In this document: piece after piece, positions 1 through 8,037 of the stretch
How the letters are laid out: each line of letters begins with the position of its first letter
Position numbering within the stretch: position 1 is the stretch's first letter
DNA from: a virus
DNA length: 18,657 nucleotides
Strand: one strand, 5' to 3'
Virus genome (UHGV): UHGV-0107297
The notes under the pieces: generated by a model
The model's database searches: none
What the model saw: only the letters and a program-made list of their open reading frames with translations
Told to the model about the DNA's origin: nothing
Position numbers and translations under genes: made by a program

Positions 1-49
1 TTAACATAATAGCCAATTACCATACAAAAGGCACGAAGGAAAGAGGTTT

Positions 50-1603
50 ATGACTGTTCGGATTGTATCAAATGCAGTCAATGCGCTGATTTCTGGCGCT
101 GATGACAACGTGAAACGGCTTGTTCAGGAGATGTTGAGCTATGAAGTGGAGGCTGGTGACTGGAAAGGGACCAGCACGATGTTCAACTGGAGTAAAAACG
201 CGTTCCCGGCTGGGTTTGCGAAGCCAGTTGCGACCAATCTTCTGAAAGCTGGCATCAAATGCGTGCATGTTCGCAAGGAAAAAGCTCCCGCGCTGGGTAA
301 GCCGAATCCGGTGGTTAACCCATTCCCGTATAACCCGGACTACGCGTATCAGGATCAGACAGTGGAAACACTGGTGCGCGAAGGGATGATGATTGCCCAG
401 ATTGCGACGGGTGGCGGTAAATCGAACGTAGCGTGTAAGGCTGCTGCTCGCATTGGTCGTATGACGCTGTTTTTAACCACGCGATCGGTTCTGATGTTCC
501 AGATGGCAGAGAACTTCCAGAAATCCATCGACTACCGCGCGAAGAATGGCGAGCCGTGGCTGAAAGGTCAGAAAGTTGGGGTGATTGGATCTGGTGAGTT
601 CCAGGTATCGCGCCATATCAACGTTGCCACGGTTCAGACCCTTGCTAGTTTTCTCGAAGAGCCGTCGCGCGACGCATCTCCAGAGAAAAAACAGTATCAC
701 CTGAAACGCCGGGAATTGGTTAAGCGCTTCCTGTCCAGCGTTTCTCTGCTGATTCTGGAAGAAGCGCACGAATCATCCGGCTCAAACTTCTACGATATAG
801 CCCGGTTGTGTACCAATGCCGACTACCGTCTGGCGCTGACAGCTACGCCGTTCATGAAGGACTCGACTGAAGCAAATATGCGTCTCATGGCCGTTGCGGG
901 TCGCATCGAGATAAAAGTAACGGAGAAATATTTGATCGACAGAGGTATTTTAGCGAAACCATACTTTTTATATCATAAAATCGCGTACACTCCAGATGAG
1001 GCGCGGATTAGAGTCGAACTTGCTTCAAAACACCTGAATTTTAGGGTTGGAATGAGCACGGCTTACCAGAAAGCCTATCAGTTAGGCATCGTCTATAATC
1101 TGGGCCGCAACGAAGCTATTGTGCGTGAAGCGCTAATGTACAAGAGTCACGGTCTGAACTGTATGACATTGGTTCGTCTGAAGCGTCATGGTCAGATCTT
1201 GATGGAAATGATGAAAGAGAGTGGCCTCAAGGTCGATTTCATCTACGGAGAATCAAACCAGACTACCCGACAAGCAAAACTTAATAGTCTGGCGGCAGGC
1301 AAGATAGATGTTCTCATTGGTTCAACCATTCTGGATGTTGGTGTCGACGTTCCAAGCGTAGGCGCGGTGATTCTGGGTGGTGGCGGGAAAGCAGAAGTTG
1401 AAATGAGACAGCGTGTCGGTCGTGGCTTACGAGCCAAGAAAAATCAGGCTAACGTGTGCTTTATTACCGACTTCATCGACGTGAGCAACAAATACCTCAT
1501 GTCGCATTCATATGAGCGGAAACACATTATCGACACGACGCCTGGGTTTGCCGAGGGGGGTCTTGCCGGTTGGCAGCACATTCGATTTCACTGTTTTGGA
1601 TAG
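50..1603 (+). CDS. Superfamily-2 DEAD/DEAH-type helicase, 517 aa (UvsW/Res-subunit-like core)
   Basis: SD AAGGAAAGAGG before ATG at 50; translation has Walker A IATGGGKS, DExH-like LILEEAHE, motif III ALTATP and motif VI QRVGRGLR in canonical order. Confidence 0.85.
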   Translation: MTVRIVSNAVNALISGADDNVKRLVQEMLSYEVEAGDWKGTSTMFNWSKNAFPAGFAKPVATNLLKAGIKCVHVRKEKAPALGKPNPVVNPFPYNPDYAYQDQTVETLVREGMMIAQIATGGGKSNVACKAAARIGRMTLFLTTRSVLMFQMAENFQKSIDYRAKNGEPWLKGQKVGVIGSGEFQVSRHINVATVQTLASFLEEPSRDASPEKKQYHLKRRELVKRFLSSVSLLILEEAHESSGSNFYDIARLCTNADYRLALTATPFMKDSTEANMRLMAVAGRIEIKVTEKYLIDRGILAKPYFLYHKIAYTPDEARIRVELASKHLNFRVGMSTAYQKAYQLGIVYNLGRNEAIVREALMYKSHGLNCMTLVRLKRHGQILMEMMKESGLKVDFIYGESNQTTRQAKLNSLAAGKIDVLIGSTILDVGVDVPSVGAVILGGGGKAEVEMRQRVGRGLRAKKNQANVCFITDFIDVSNKYLMSHSYERKHIIDTTPGFAEGGLAGWQHIRFHCFG

Positions 1604-1612
1604 AGAGTAAGC

Positions 1613-1891
1613 ATGAGCGAGAAACGCGCTATTAACTGCCAGGTTAAGTTAACCGAAAAAGCAAACGATAAACTAGAGACCTTTCAGAATCGACTGCGTG
1701 AACGCAGCATAAAACTGTCAAAAGCAGACATCATCAATCTGGTGCTGTCCAATATGACGATGGGTGATTTTGATAAGATAGCTACGTCATTAGAGACTAC
1801 TGCAAAGGCTCGTGAAAAGGTCATGAAGATTTACGAAAACTCGGGTATGACCAAAGAAGATCTGGCCGATATTCTAAAACGCCTCGATTGA
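1613..1891 (+). CDS. hypothetical 92-aa protein, translationally coupled to helicase
   Basis: ATG 9 nt after helicase stop (TAGAGAGTAAGCATG); K/E-rich, no motif recognised. Confidence 0.55.
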   Translation: MSEKRAINCQVKLTEKANDKLETFQNRLRERSIKLSKADIINLVLSNMTMGDFDKIATSLETTAKAREKVMKIYENSGMTKEDLADILKRLD

Positions 1892-1898
1892 GCATTAT

Positions 1899-1924
1899 GG
1901 CGCCTTGAGGCGCCATGATTTTCG
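1899..1924 (+). terminator. candidate hairpin terminator/attenuator
   Basis: GGCGCC-TTGA-GGCGCC perfect stem at 1899-1914 followed by ATGATTTTCG; U-tract weak. Confidence 0.3.
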
Positions 1925-1950
1925 TAAAGATAAGGATTTTGTTCGGTACA

Positions 1951-2373
1951 ATGAAACACGTATTACTTCCTCTGGTTGCTGCCTCCGCGTTACTTATCAC
2001 TGCATGTCAATCTCGTCCTATTCCTGTCTCTGAGGCAAAGCCAGCACCGCAGACCAGAATATTCAAATACCAATCTCCGGCGGCATCGACGCTGGTGGTT
2101 ATGAGAGATAAAAGCATGGTGGGCGCCGGTTGCGACGCATCGATCTTCATCAATGGCGAAACCGTTGCAAAACTGGAAACAGGTGAAAAAGTCACTTTTC
2201 ATCTGGATGCCGGAGAATGGATTGTTGGCGCCTCACTCGAAGACGCTGGGCTGTGCGCACTGAATCCTGCTCGTCAGGAACGCGAGACGATTACCAAAGC
2301 TGGCGAGACGAAAGTCTTCCGGGTGTTCACCAGTAATGCTGGTGACATCGATATCTTACCAACGACACTGTGA
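1951..2373 (+). CDS. putative lipoprotein, 140 aa
   Basis: N-terminus MKHVLLPLVAASALLITAC reads as signal peptide with lipobox LITA-C; in-frame alternative ATG at 1915. Confidence 0.6.
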   Translation: MKHVLLPLVAASALLITACQSRPIPVSEAKPAPQTRIFKYQSPAASTLVVMRDKSMVGAGCDASIFINGETVAKLETGEKVTFHLDAGEWIVGASLEDAGLCALNPARQERETITKAGETKVFRVFTSNAGDIDILPTTL

Positions 2374-2377
2374 CGAT

Positions 2378-2905
2378 ATGACGAATATTACTGACATCAC
2401 CTACGGGATTCCTGCAGAAGTCTGGCCGCGCGATTACACCAACGTGGAGAAAGCGCTGATGTTCTGGCGCAAGTCTCTTATTCCTGTAAGGGTCACGATG
2501 GAAGATGGTCAGGTGTTCTGCATGTATGTTCAGGGTCTCATGTCGTCACGCAACAAGGTCGACCTTTGCCCTGCCCCGTTCGACAAAGATAATCGTATAA
2601 GGCTCCCACTTGAGCGAATCAGCACGATTGAATCAGGTGTGACAGAAGGCATTGCACACGACTTCACGGGTCGGACAACGATACACCCAGACTATGTGGA
2701 CAATCGGCCATCTCGCCGTGATTTCTTCAAAATTTGTCGCCAGGCCCATGAGATGCAGAAGTCTATAAGGGTCTACATGGCGGATGGCCGTGAAATTGAG
2801 GGGGTGTCTTCAGGCGTTGACGCTTGTCAGGTCACACTCAACATGGGGGACGGTAGGAAGACAGTCGCCATGTTCGATTGGGTCGAACGGATTTTACCGT
2901 TTTAA
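2378..2905 (+). CDS. hypothetical 175-aa protein with internal duplication; weak Rof/YaeO-like (Rho-binding) resemblance
   Basis: Likely start ATG 2378 (MTNITD) 4 nt after lipoprotein stop; two repeats each with (I/V)RVxMxDG(Q/R)...ERI pattern; Rof link is from memory and unverified. Confidence 0.5.
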   Translation: MTNITDITYGIPAEVWPRDYTNVEKALMFWRKSLIPVRVTMEDGQVFCMYVQGLMSSRNKVDLCPAPFDKDNRIRLPLERISTIESGVTEGIAHDFTGRTTIHPDYVDNRPSRRDFFKICRQAHEMQKSIRVYMADGREIEGVSSGVDACQVTLNMGDGRKTVAMFDWVERILPF

Positions 2906-2920
2906 ATCTATAAGGGTAAT

Positions 2921-2950
2921 AACCGGCTAAGTCCGGTTATTATTTTATTC
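2921..2950 (+). terminator. rho-independent terminator
   Basis: AACCGG-CTAAGT-CCGGTT hairpin at 2921-2938 followed by ATTATTTTATT. Confidence 0.6.
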
Positions 2951-3121
2951 GTCACTTCCCGTTATATTTATTTCCCACAAACTCGATTCCAATTTAAATA
3001 TATAAGGGTGATTGGCTGAATAGAGAATTTATTTAGGCAACACCTTCGAGAAAACGCGTTTTATTTCTAAGATTTTGATTTTTATTGGAGAAAAATTTTT
3101 TCGTTCCCGCATAAAAAACTC

Positions 3122-3150
3122 TTGATTTTAATTTCTGTATATCGATAATT
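3122..3150 (+). promoter_or_regulatory. sigma70-like promoter candidate
   Basis: TTGATT - 17 bp - ATAATT inside a very AT-rich intergenic region (2951-3227) upstream of CDS 3228. Confidence 0.4.
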
Positions 3151-3227
3151 AGTCACATCGAAAGCGAACACGCTAACGATAAACAAACAACAAATTAAGT
3201 TATCAATATTACATAAGGATTAACATC

Positions 3228-3878
3228 ATGTCTAACGTTACCATTTCTAAAAAATCCATTATCGACGCTGCTGTGGTTATCGCTAATGAGTTACAAGTTG
3301 CAGCCAACAACGCTACTCAGACTTATAACAATCATTATAAAAATGGTACACACACAAAAGCGGATAAAGCTAACATGCTTGCAGCGTCTACCAAACTAGC
3401 ATACTTCACCAACAACGTTTTAAACGCTGTTAATGATGAGAAATTAGCTGGTATCTTTTACTACGCGATTAAAGCAAGTAAACAAGCACCTGAAGCGTTT
3501 TTCCGTGAAGCTATGACCAATAGCTATTCACTCGAAAAACTGGTTTATCTGGTTAAATCTATTAAAGCTGGAAAGTGTGTTTATTCCGTCGCTGATATGT
3601 CCGGATCTCGTGTATTCGCTTTAATCGATATGATTAACGACGAGATCGACACGTTCACCAATGGCGCTGTTTTCGATTTAATGAATGAAGCGAAAAAAGC
3701 CAACGAAATAAAATTAGACGCAGGATACACTCAAGCCAACCAGCTTATCAATCTTTGCGAACGTCTGGGACTGGTCGAAAAAATCAAAGGAATGGGTGCA
3801 GCGAAAAACGGATCACAGCAATATCGCTTCGTTAAAAATGATTTTTATAACTATCTGGCTGATGCTTTCAAAGCGTAA
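3228..3878 (+). CDS. hypothetical 216-aa protein, AT-rich gene
   Basis: SD AAGGA before ATG; low-GC composition unlike flanking genes; no motif recognised. Confidence 0.7.
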   Translation: MSNVTISKKSIIDAAVVIANELQVAANNATQTYNNHYKNGTHTKADKANMLAASTKLAYFTNNVLNAVNDEKLAGIFYYAIKASKQAPEAFFREAMTNSYSLEKLVYLVKSIKAGKCVYSVADMSGSRVFALIDMINDEIDTFTNGAVFDLMNEAKKANEIKLDAGYTQANQLINLCERLGLVEKIKGMGAAKNGSQQYRFVKNDFYNYLADAFKA

Positions 3879-3890
3879 TTAGATGGATAT

Positions 3891-3915
3891 AGCGCCCACT
3901 ATGGGCGCTAGTTTT
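3891..3915 (+). terminator. rho-independent terminator, copy 1 of a 19-bp palindrome
   Basis: AGCGCCCACTATGGGCGCT at 3891-3909 followed by AGTTTT. Confidence 0.55.
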
Positions 3916-3928
3916 AAGGAGCTTAATC

Positions 3929-4159
3929 ATGTTTGTTCTTATCGCTGGCGTTAACGTCCATAATGAATATTATGTTAATCGCATCGCTGGGATCGCTGGG
4001 ATCGCTGGGCGCGCAGTCGAGTTTATAAATGAAACAACGCGCAAAATTGACTTATTGAACGACCAGGAGCGAAAAAAAGCAGACGTGAATGACGCTGATA
4101 TATTTTTAATGTTAAAAGCGTTTGTAGAAATGGGATTCAAAATTAGTTTACACAAATAA
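3929..4159 (+). CDS. hypothetical 76-aa protein containing IAG-IAG-IAG
   Basis: SD AAGGAG 7 nt before ATG; contains 3 tandem 9-bp repeats. Confidence 0.55.
   Translation: MFVLIAGVNVHNEYYVNRIAGIAGIAGRAVEFINETTRKIDLLNDQERKKADVNDADIFLMLKAFVEMGFKISLHK
3983..4009 (+). repeat. 3 x 9-bp perfect tandem repeat ATCGCTGGG
   Basis: Direct reading: atcgctggg atcgctggg atcgctggg, in-frame inside CDS 3929-4159. Confidence 0.9.
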
Positions 4160-4165
4160 AATCGA

Positions 4166-4190
4166 GCGCCCACTATGGGCGCTTTTTTCG
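4166..4190 (+). terminator. rho-independent terminator, copy 2 of the same 19-bp palindrome
   Basis: AGCGCCCACTATGGGCGCT at 4166-4184 followed by TTTTTTC. Confidence 0.7.
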
Positions 4191-4589
4191 TTTCCAATAC
4201 TCCCACCATAACGCGCCATCATTAGCGCGTTTTTTATTGTCTTTAACTCGCTCCAACAACATAAAAATAAGCACCAAAATAACGCCATAGACGCGCTTTT
4301 ATATCCTTGTTAGTACATACACATTACTTAACACATTAACGCGCTTAAAACGCGTTATATTGCGCTATAGAGTATGGTTAATCATTGGCTTTTAGTCTTG
4401 CTATGTGATCCGCGTTTATTTGTCGGCGCGGATCGGCTCTTTGTGTTGTTTTGTATCCGCTCGCATATGATTGCCACGTTGGGCAACGTGTACGCGCTTA
4501 CAGTGATTTACCCACGGATTCACATAATCACATAGCGAAAGCTATCTGGATGGCCCAGGGGCTGAAACCCCCACCAGCGCTACCCCAGC

Positions 4590-4780
4590 GCCGCTACGCA
4601 ATTTCTGGCGCGATTCCGGGTTTCTCCCGCTCAGTTTTCTACATAAAGGCGACCCCCGCCGTTTCCCGAAAAAATCTTGGCCGTTTCCCGTCGGCTCATG
4701 AATGCGTTCCTCGCCGTTTCTGAAAATTTCCCTGCGGCAGCTGGTGGCTATAGAGAAAGGGCCGTTTCTGGCCCTCTTCT
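4590..4780. repeat. structured non-coding region with GCCGTTTCCCG / GCCGTTTCTG direct repeats (region A)
   Basis: Copies at about 4659, 4680, 4713 and 4761, plus gggtttctcccg at about 4611; shares CGTTTC(CC)TGAAAA...TTTCCCTGCGGC with 8693-8731. Confidence 0.5.
4758..4775 (-). terminator. terminator of CDS 4784-5266
   Basis: Minus strand reads AGGGCC-AGAAAC-GGCCCT then TTCTCTAT immediately after the stop. Confidence 0.45.
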
Positions 4781-4783
4781 CAG

Positions 4784-5266
4784 TTACACGCCATCAAGGA
4801 TGTGGATGCGGTTGCTTGCGTATACATTCAGCATAAAGTTAGCGCAAAACAGTTTCCATGTGTCAACGCCAGCGGCATACGTAATGTTTTTGCATTTTAT
4901 TGCATTGTTGGCGATCCGCATCCCCTGCGATACTGCTTCATCGTCGGAAAATTTGAACGACGATTGAGTTTTAATCCAGACAGAAATCTGCGTAGCGAAC
5001 TCAATCAGCTTGGACTGGCAGAATCGCCCGGAGCGTACCGGGAAGACAAATGTTCCGAAGCCAGAATTTGCGACATACGCTTTCTCAATTACCCGTGAGT
5101 AACGACGTTTGCAAATGATGTCGCGTGCAATAATGCATTTTTCTTGTGCTGACAGTTCTACCGTCTCATTGTCGCGCCATGCACCAAGTACTCGTTTTTC
5201 AATATCAGAGAACGTTACAGCGATATTGCCATGTGCGGGTGCGTTTACAGTAGCGATAAAATTCAT
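4784..5266 (-). CDS. hypothetical 160-aa protein
   Basis: SD AAGGAA 8 nt before ATG at 5266; box copy upstream. Confidence 0.65.
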   Translation of the reverse strand: MNFIATVNAPAHGNIAVTFSDIEKRVLGAWRDNETVELSAQEKCIIARDIICKRRYSRVIEKAYVANSGFGTFVFPVRSGRFCQSKLIEFATQISVWIKTQSSFKFSDDEAVSQGMRIANNAIKCKNITYAAGVDTWKLFCANFMLNVYASNRIHILDGV

Positions 5267-5282
5267 GATTAATTCCTTATCG

Positions 5283-5320
5283 TAAATAACAAATTGTTTT
5301 CTTGTTGGTGTTAATTATCG
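5283..5320 (-). promoter_or_regulatory. conserved box copy 1 (AAACAAATTGTTTTCTTGTTGGTGTTAATTATCG)
   Basis: Palindromic core AACAAATTGTT; minus-strand TTGACG-17-TAATTA overlaps it; about 20 nt before the SD of CDS 4784-5266. Confidence 0.5.
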
Positions 5321-5441
5321 TTGTACGAATAAGGCGTCAAAGTGGAAAGTTGCGGTAGCCGGACGGGAACAGGTGGGTTTGTCGGTTGCCTGGAGGTAAG
5401 AGGTTGGTGTTTTTAGCCTGCGGGAAACAGGATGGTCATTT

Positions 5442-5465
5442 AAGGCCACCAGCATTGGTGGCCTT
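5442..5465. terminator. GC hairpin AAGGCCACCA-GCAT-TGGTGGCCTT 3' of CDS 5471-5758
   Basis: Perfect 10-bp stem; no clean U-tract on either strand, so terminator or stabilising stem-loop. Confidence 0.35.
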
Positions 5466-5470
5466 ACTCT

Positions 5471-5758
5471 TTAGTGGAGCAGACCGATGTCGATGGTATC
5501 CCCTGAATCATCCACACGGATCATCAGCATGGCGAAGGCGTTTAGTGGATAGCTTGCGTGCCATTCAGGGAAGCGGTCATCTCGCATGAAGTCGGCAATG
5601 TCGTAAACGCAGCCCTCAAAGTGGAAGAATCGCGTGCTTACCTGCTCGTCATATTCCACATGATCCATTTCTTGCTGTTCTGTTTCCGGCAAGTCCAGCC
5701 ATGATTCAAGGAATACATTTTGTGCTTTAGGGGTAATGGTGAAATCAGTCATGAGCAT
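5471..5758 (-). CDS. hypothetical acidic 95-aa protein
   Basis: Track ORF 5471-5884 trimmed to in-frame ATG at 5758 (GTGAGGAT-ATG); D/E-rich; box copy 2 upstream. Confidence 0.55.
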   Translation of the reverse strand: MLMTDFTITPKAQNVFLESWLDLPETEQQEMDHVEYDEQVSTRFFHFEGCVYDIADFMRDDRFPEWHASYPLNAFAMLMIRVDDSGDTIDIGLLH

Positions 5759-5770
5759 ATCCTCACTGCG

Positions 5771-5804
5771 TAAACATATTGTTTTCTTGTTGGTGTAATT
5801 ATCG
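5771..5804 (-). promoter_or_regulatory. conserved box copy 2 (TAAACATATTGTTTTCTTGTTGGTGTAATTATCG)
   Basis: Near-identical to copy 1; abuts the SD of CDS 5471-5758. Confidence 0.5.
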
Positions 5805-5912
5805 CAGTGTAGATAAGGCATAAAAGAAGTTAATACAGGCTGAATACACAAGAAAGGTTCTGGAAGTTGATAGCCAGGTTTCAAACTAACCTTCGGTTAT
5901 TAAAAGTCATTT

Positions 5913-5936
5913 AAGACCACCAATGCTGGTGGCCTT
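5913..5936 (-). terminator. hairpin AAGACCACCA-ATGC-TGGTGGCCTT, relative of the 5442 hairpin
   Basis: 3' of the small ORF 5942-6085; minus strand continues AAATGACTTTTAAT. Confidence 0.4.
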
Positions 5937-5941
5937 AATAA

Positions 5942-6085
5942 TTATCGCCCGATTACGCTAAGGATCTTTTCCTCAACTGATTTGTTGTTGCGACTAAACT
6001 GCCTTGCGTATCTTATGACAGAAGAGGCGTTTCGCTTTCTGACCATCTCGGCTCTCTCCTTCAGGCGTTTCTTGAAATCGCCCAT
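5942..6085 (-). CDS. unannotated small basic ORF, 47 aa (MGDFKKRLKERAEMVRKRNASSVIRYARQFSRNNKSVEEKILSVIGR)
   Basis: ATG 2 nt after stop of CDS 6088-6462 (TAA-AT-ATG), GGTGG SD-like upstream, hairpin directly downstream; below the track length cutoff. Confidence 0.3.
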   Translation of the reverse strand: MGDFKKRLKERAEMVRKRNASSVIRYARQFSRNNKSVEEKILSVIGR

Positions 6086-6087
6086 AT

Positions 6088-6462
6088 TTACCACCAGGCA
6101 CGGAACGTCAGTCTGTTATTGTGAAAGTCGTGGTTCCTGATCAGGTCTTCCACAAGTTTTTTCAGCTTATCCACGTCATGCCAGTAACCTTCATCGTACT
6201 CCTGACTGCCGAAGAAAAAACCTTCCCGGGTAGGTAAGTACACTTCGCAATTACTTTCGTTTATGTGCATCAAATGAGCCTTCAGAAAACAAATGTCATT
6301 CATCGTTAATTCTAAAAGCTCACAATTTTCGACTTCACCTACGTTGCGCTCCATCCACCCAACGAGCGCATTGAACTTACGGAAGTAAGCAACCTGCTTT
6401 CTGGATGCCTCGTTATTCAGATCGTTTTTAGGCTGCGTCTCGATATAGATATCAAGTCCCAT
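6088..6462 (-). CDS. hypothetical acidic 124-aa protein
   Basis: Track ORF begins with GTG at 6504 inside the box; in-frame ATG at 6462 has SD TAAGGATA. Confidence 0.6.
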   Translation of the reverse strand: MGLDIYIETQPKNDLNNEASRKQVAYFRKFNALVGWMERNVGEVENCELLELTMNDICFLKAHLMHINESNCEVYLPTREGFFFGSQEYDEGYWHDVDKLKKLVEDLIRNHDFHNNRLTFRAWW

Positions 6463-6513
6463 GATGGTATCCTTATTAAGTTGCTTCAGTGAAATCATTT
6501 TCACAAATCAGAT

Positions 6514-6540
6514 AAGGCAGAAAACAAATTGTTATCGGGA
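6514..6540. promoter_or_regulatory. conserved box copy 3, inverted orientation (AAGGCAGAAAACAAATTGTTATCGGG)
   Basis: Same palindromic core, flank on the other side; lies between the 6541-6570 terminator and CDS 6088-6462. Confidence 0.45.
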
Positions 6541-6570
6541 ATAAGAAAATGGCGCGGTTTACGCGCCATT
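6541..6570 (-). terminator. rho-independent terminator of CDS 6580-6975
   Basis: Minus strand: AATGGCGCG-TAAAC-CGCGCCATT then TTCTTATT. Confidence 0.6.
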
Positions 6571-6579
6571 CAAAGAGGA

Positions 6580-6975
6580 TTAAGCGAATACGCTTTCAGG
6601 GACAATGGTGTCGATCTTTTCGCCGGAGATTATTCGCAGACCGTGTTGTCCCATCCAGGTACTATTGGTATTTAAACTCGATGTATAAACCGCATCGACC
6701 TTTTTCATCAAATTTTCAAACAACGTCTGATCCGCGCCACGGAAATGAGTTTCCAGTTTTATCAGTAAAGGGTCAGAAGCATTACTGATGCTTTGGTAAC
6801 GCACCGAATATTTTCCCTTTGTGGCCTCGCCGGTGCGAGTTAAGGTACTGGTGTGAACTTCTTCGCCGGAGGCATTATCGCGTAGCACAATTGTAATTTT
6901 TGCAACTTTGTCTCCATTTTCCGTCTCTGATGCATAATACATATCCAGGGTCAGATTTTCGCGTTTAACGGTCAT
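6580..6975 (-). CDS. hypothetical 131-aa protein
   Basis: Strong SD ACTAAGGAGAGTGAA before ATG at 6975. Confidence 0.7.
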   Translation of the reverse strand: MTVKRENLTLDMYYASETENGDKVAKITIVLRDNASGEEVHTSTLTRTGEATKGKYSVRYQSISNASDPLLIKLETHFRGADQTLFENLMKKVDAVYTSSLNTNSTWMGQHGLRIISGEKIDTIVPESVFA

Positions 6976-7030
6976 TTCACTCTCCTTAGTGTTTAATTTT
7001 TAATTTTATTATCATAAGTAAGTACTTACA

Positions 7031-7062
7031 ATACAAAAAAGCCCCGAAGGATTGGCGGGGCT
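7031..7062 (-). terminator. rho-independent terminator of CDS 7097-7408
   Basis: Minus strand: AGCCCCGCC-AATCC-TTCGGGGCT then TTTTTTGTATTG. Confidence 0.7.
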
Positions 7063-7096
7063 GTCGTACATTCGACTAACTACTGCTTGCACATGT

Positions 7097-7408
7097 TTAA
7101 GCTACCGCCTGAACAGACGCTCGTTGGATCTCTTGTTGGGCGACACGGTTGGCTTCCATCAGCGCCAGTTCAAGCTGGTCCTCTGGCCACATTTTCTGGA
7201 CCGACATCCACCCTCTTCCACGCTGGCGACGAACTACCATCACATAGCGCGTAAAATTGCCCGCGTCGAAGGTAATGGCTTTTTCACGAAACAGACGGAT
7301 AGAAGTCCCATTCGCTACGATATCCAGCAATGTGAGATGCCCCATTAAGGTTGGTTTTTCTTTTCTCTCCTGACCTTCAGCAAGACCCAGCACCAATGAA
7401 GTATTCAT
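7097..7408 (-). CDS. hypothetical 103-aa protein
   Basis: Track ORF trimmed to in-frame ATG at 7408 (MNTSLVLG) with SD GGAG; box copy 4 upstream. Confidence 0.55.
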   Translation of the reverse strand: MNTSLVLGLAEGQERKEKPTLMGHLTLLDIVANGTSIRLFREKAITFDAGNFTRYVMVVRRQRGRGWMSVQKMWPEDQLELALMEANRVAQQEIQRASVQAVA

Positions 7409-7418
7409 CACCACTCCG

Positions 7419-7455
7419 TAAACAAATTGTTTTCTCAATGGCGTAAATAATACCA
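7419..7455 (-). promoter_or_regulatory. conserved box copy 4, subfamily b (AAACAAATTGTTTTCTCAATGGCGTAAATAATACC)
   Basis: Same core with a different distal flank, shared with copy 5. Confidence 0.5.
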
Positions 7456-7536
7456 GTGTAAAAACGGCTACAAAGCATATTGCTCAGGCACATGAATTAT
7501 CTAAAGGTGGTTCTTCCCTGCGGCTACAGAGAAGTT

Positions 7537-7559
7537 AAGCCAGCAGGCGGTGCTGGCTT
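7537..7559 (-). terminator. hairpin AAGCCAGCA-GGCGG-TGCTGGCTT 3' of CDS 7569-7898
   Basis: 9-bp stem; weak U-tract. Confidence 0.3.
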
Positions 7560-7568
7560 TGGTTGGGT

Positions 7569-7898
7569 TTACGCGAATACATCAAGGAACTCCTGAACGT
7601 CCCAATGCTGGACAAGGTGAAGATAGAGCTTAGAAATCACGTCATTCTCGCTATCGCATGTGAAGTAGTACTTCTGGCTGCGGTTGTATGTATCCACACA
7701 AAATTCGCTCATATCCATAAAGTCAGCATCATCACCCAGGTCGCAAATAATCAAAGCAGGAGCATCATCACGAGTCATCAGCTCAAGCACCCAGCGCGAA
7801 TTGATCAGCGTGGAAGACCAACCTTCTAACTCATAAAACTGGTCAAACTCTTTTTGAGTCATTTTCTTGATTTGGTTGATGTCGATATTTGCAAACAT
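7569..7898 (-). CDS. hypothetical acidic 109-aa protein
   Basis: Track ORF trimmed to in-frame ATG at 7898 (MFANIDIN) with SD AAGGA; D-rich. Confidence 0.55.
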   Translation of the reverse strand: MFANIDINQIKKMTQKEFDQFYELEGWSSTLINSRWVLELMTRDDAPALIICDLGDDADFMDMSEFCVDTYNRSQKYYFTCDSENDVISKLYLHLVQHWDVQEFLDVFA

Positions 7899-7909
7899 AA
7901 CGCAATCCT

Positions 7910-7945
7910 TAAACATGTTGTTTTCTGAATTGCGTAAACAATACC
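7910..7945 (-). promoter_or_regulatory. conserved box copy 5, subfamily b (AAACATGTTGTTTTCTGAATTGCGTAAACAATACC)
   Basis: Aligns with copy 4 over about 35 bp. Confidence 0.5.
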
Positions 7946-8009
7946 AGTAAGAAAACGGCCACAAAGTATATCGTTACGGTGCTGCGCTGCCCCGGAGGTT
8001 AATAGCGAC

Positions 8010-8030
8010 AAAAGCCACCGTGCTGGTGGC
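8010..8030 (-). terminator. rho-independent terminator of CDS 8038-8256
   Basis: Minus strand: GCCACCAGCACGGTGGC then TTTTGTCGC. Confidence 0.5.
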
Positions 8031-8037
8031 CTCACTC

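Noticed and set aside
1990-2202. Minus-strand ORFs 1990-2202 and 2007-2195
   Set aside because: Antisense to the lipoprotein gene.
4451-5098. Plus-strand ORFs 4451-4723, 4677-4967 and 4802-5098
   Set aside because: Lie within the structured non-coding region A or antisense to CDS 4784-5266, which has a proper SD and box; no start signals.
5386-5589. Plus-strand 67-aa ORF
   Set aside because: Spans the 5442-5465 hairpin and is antisense to CDS 5471-5758.
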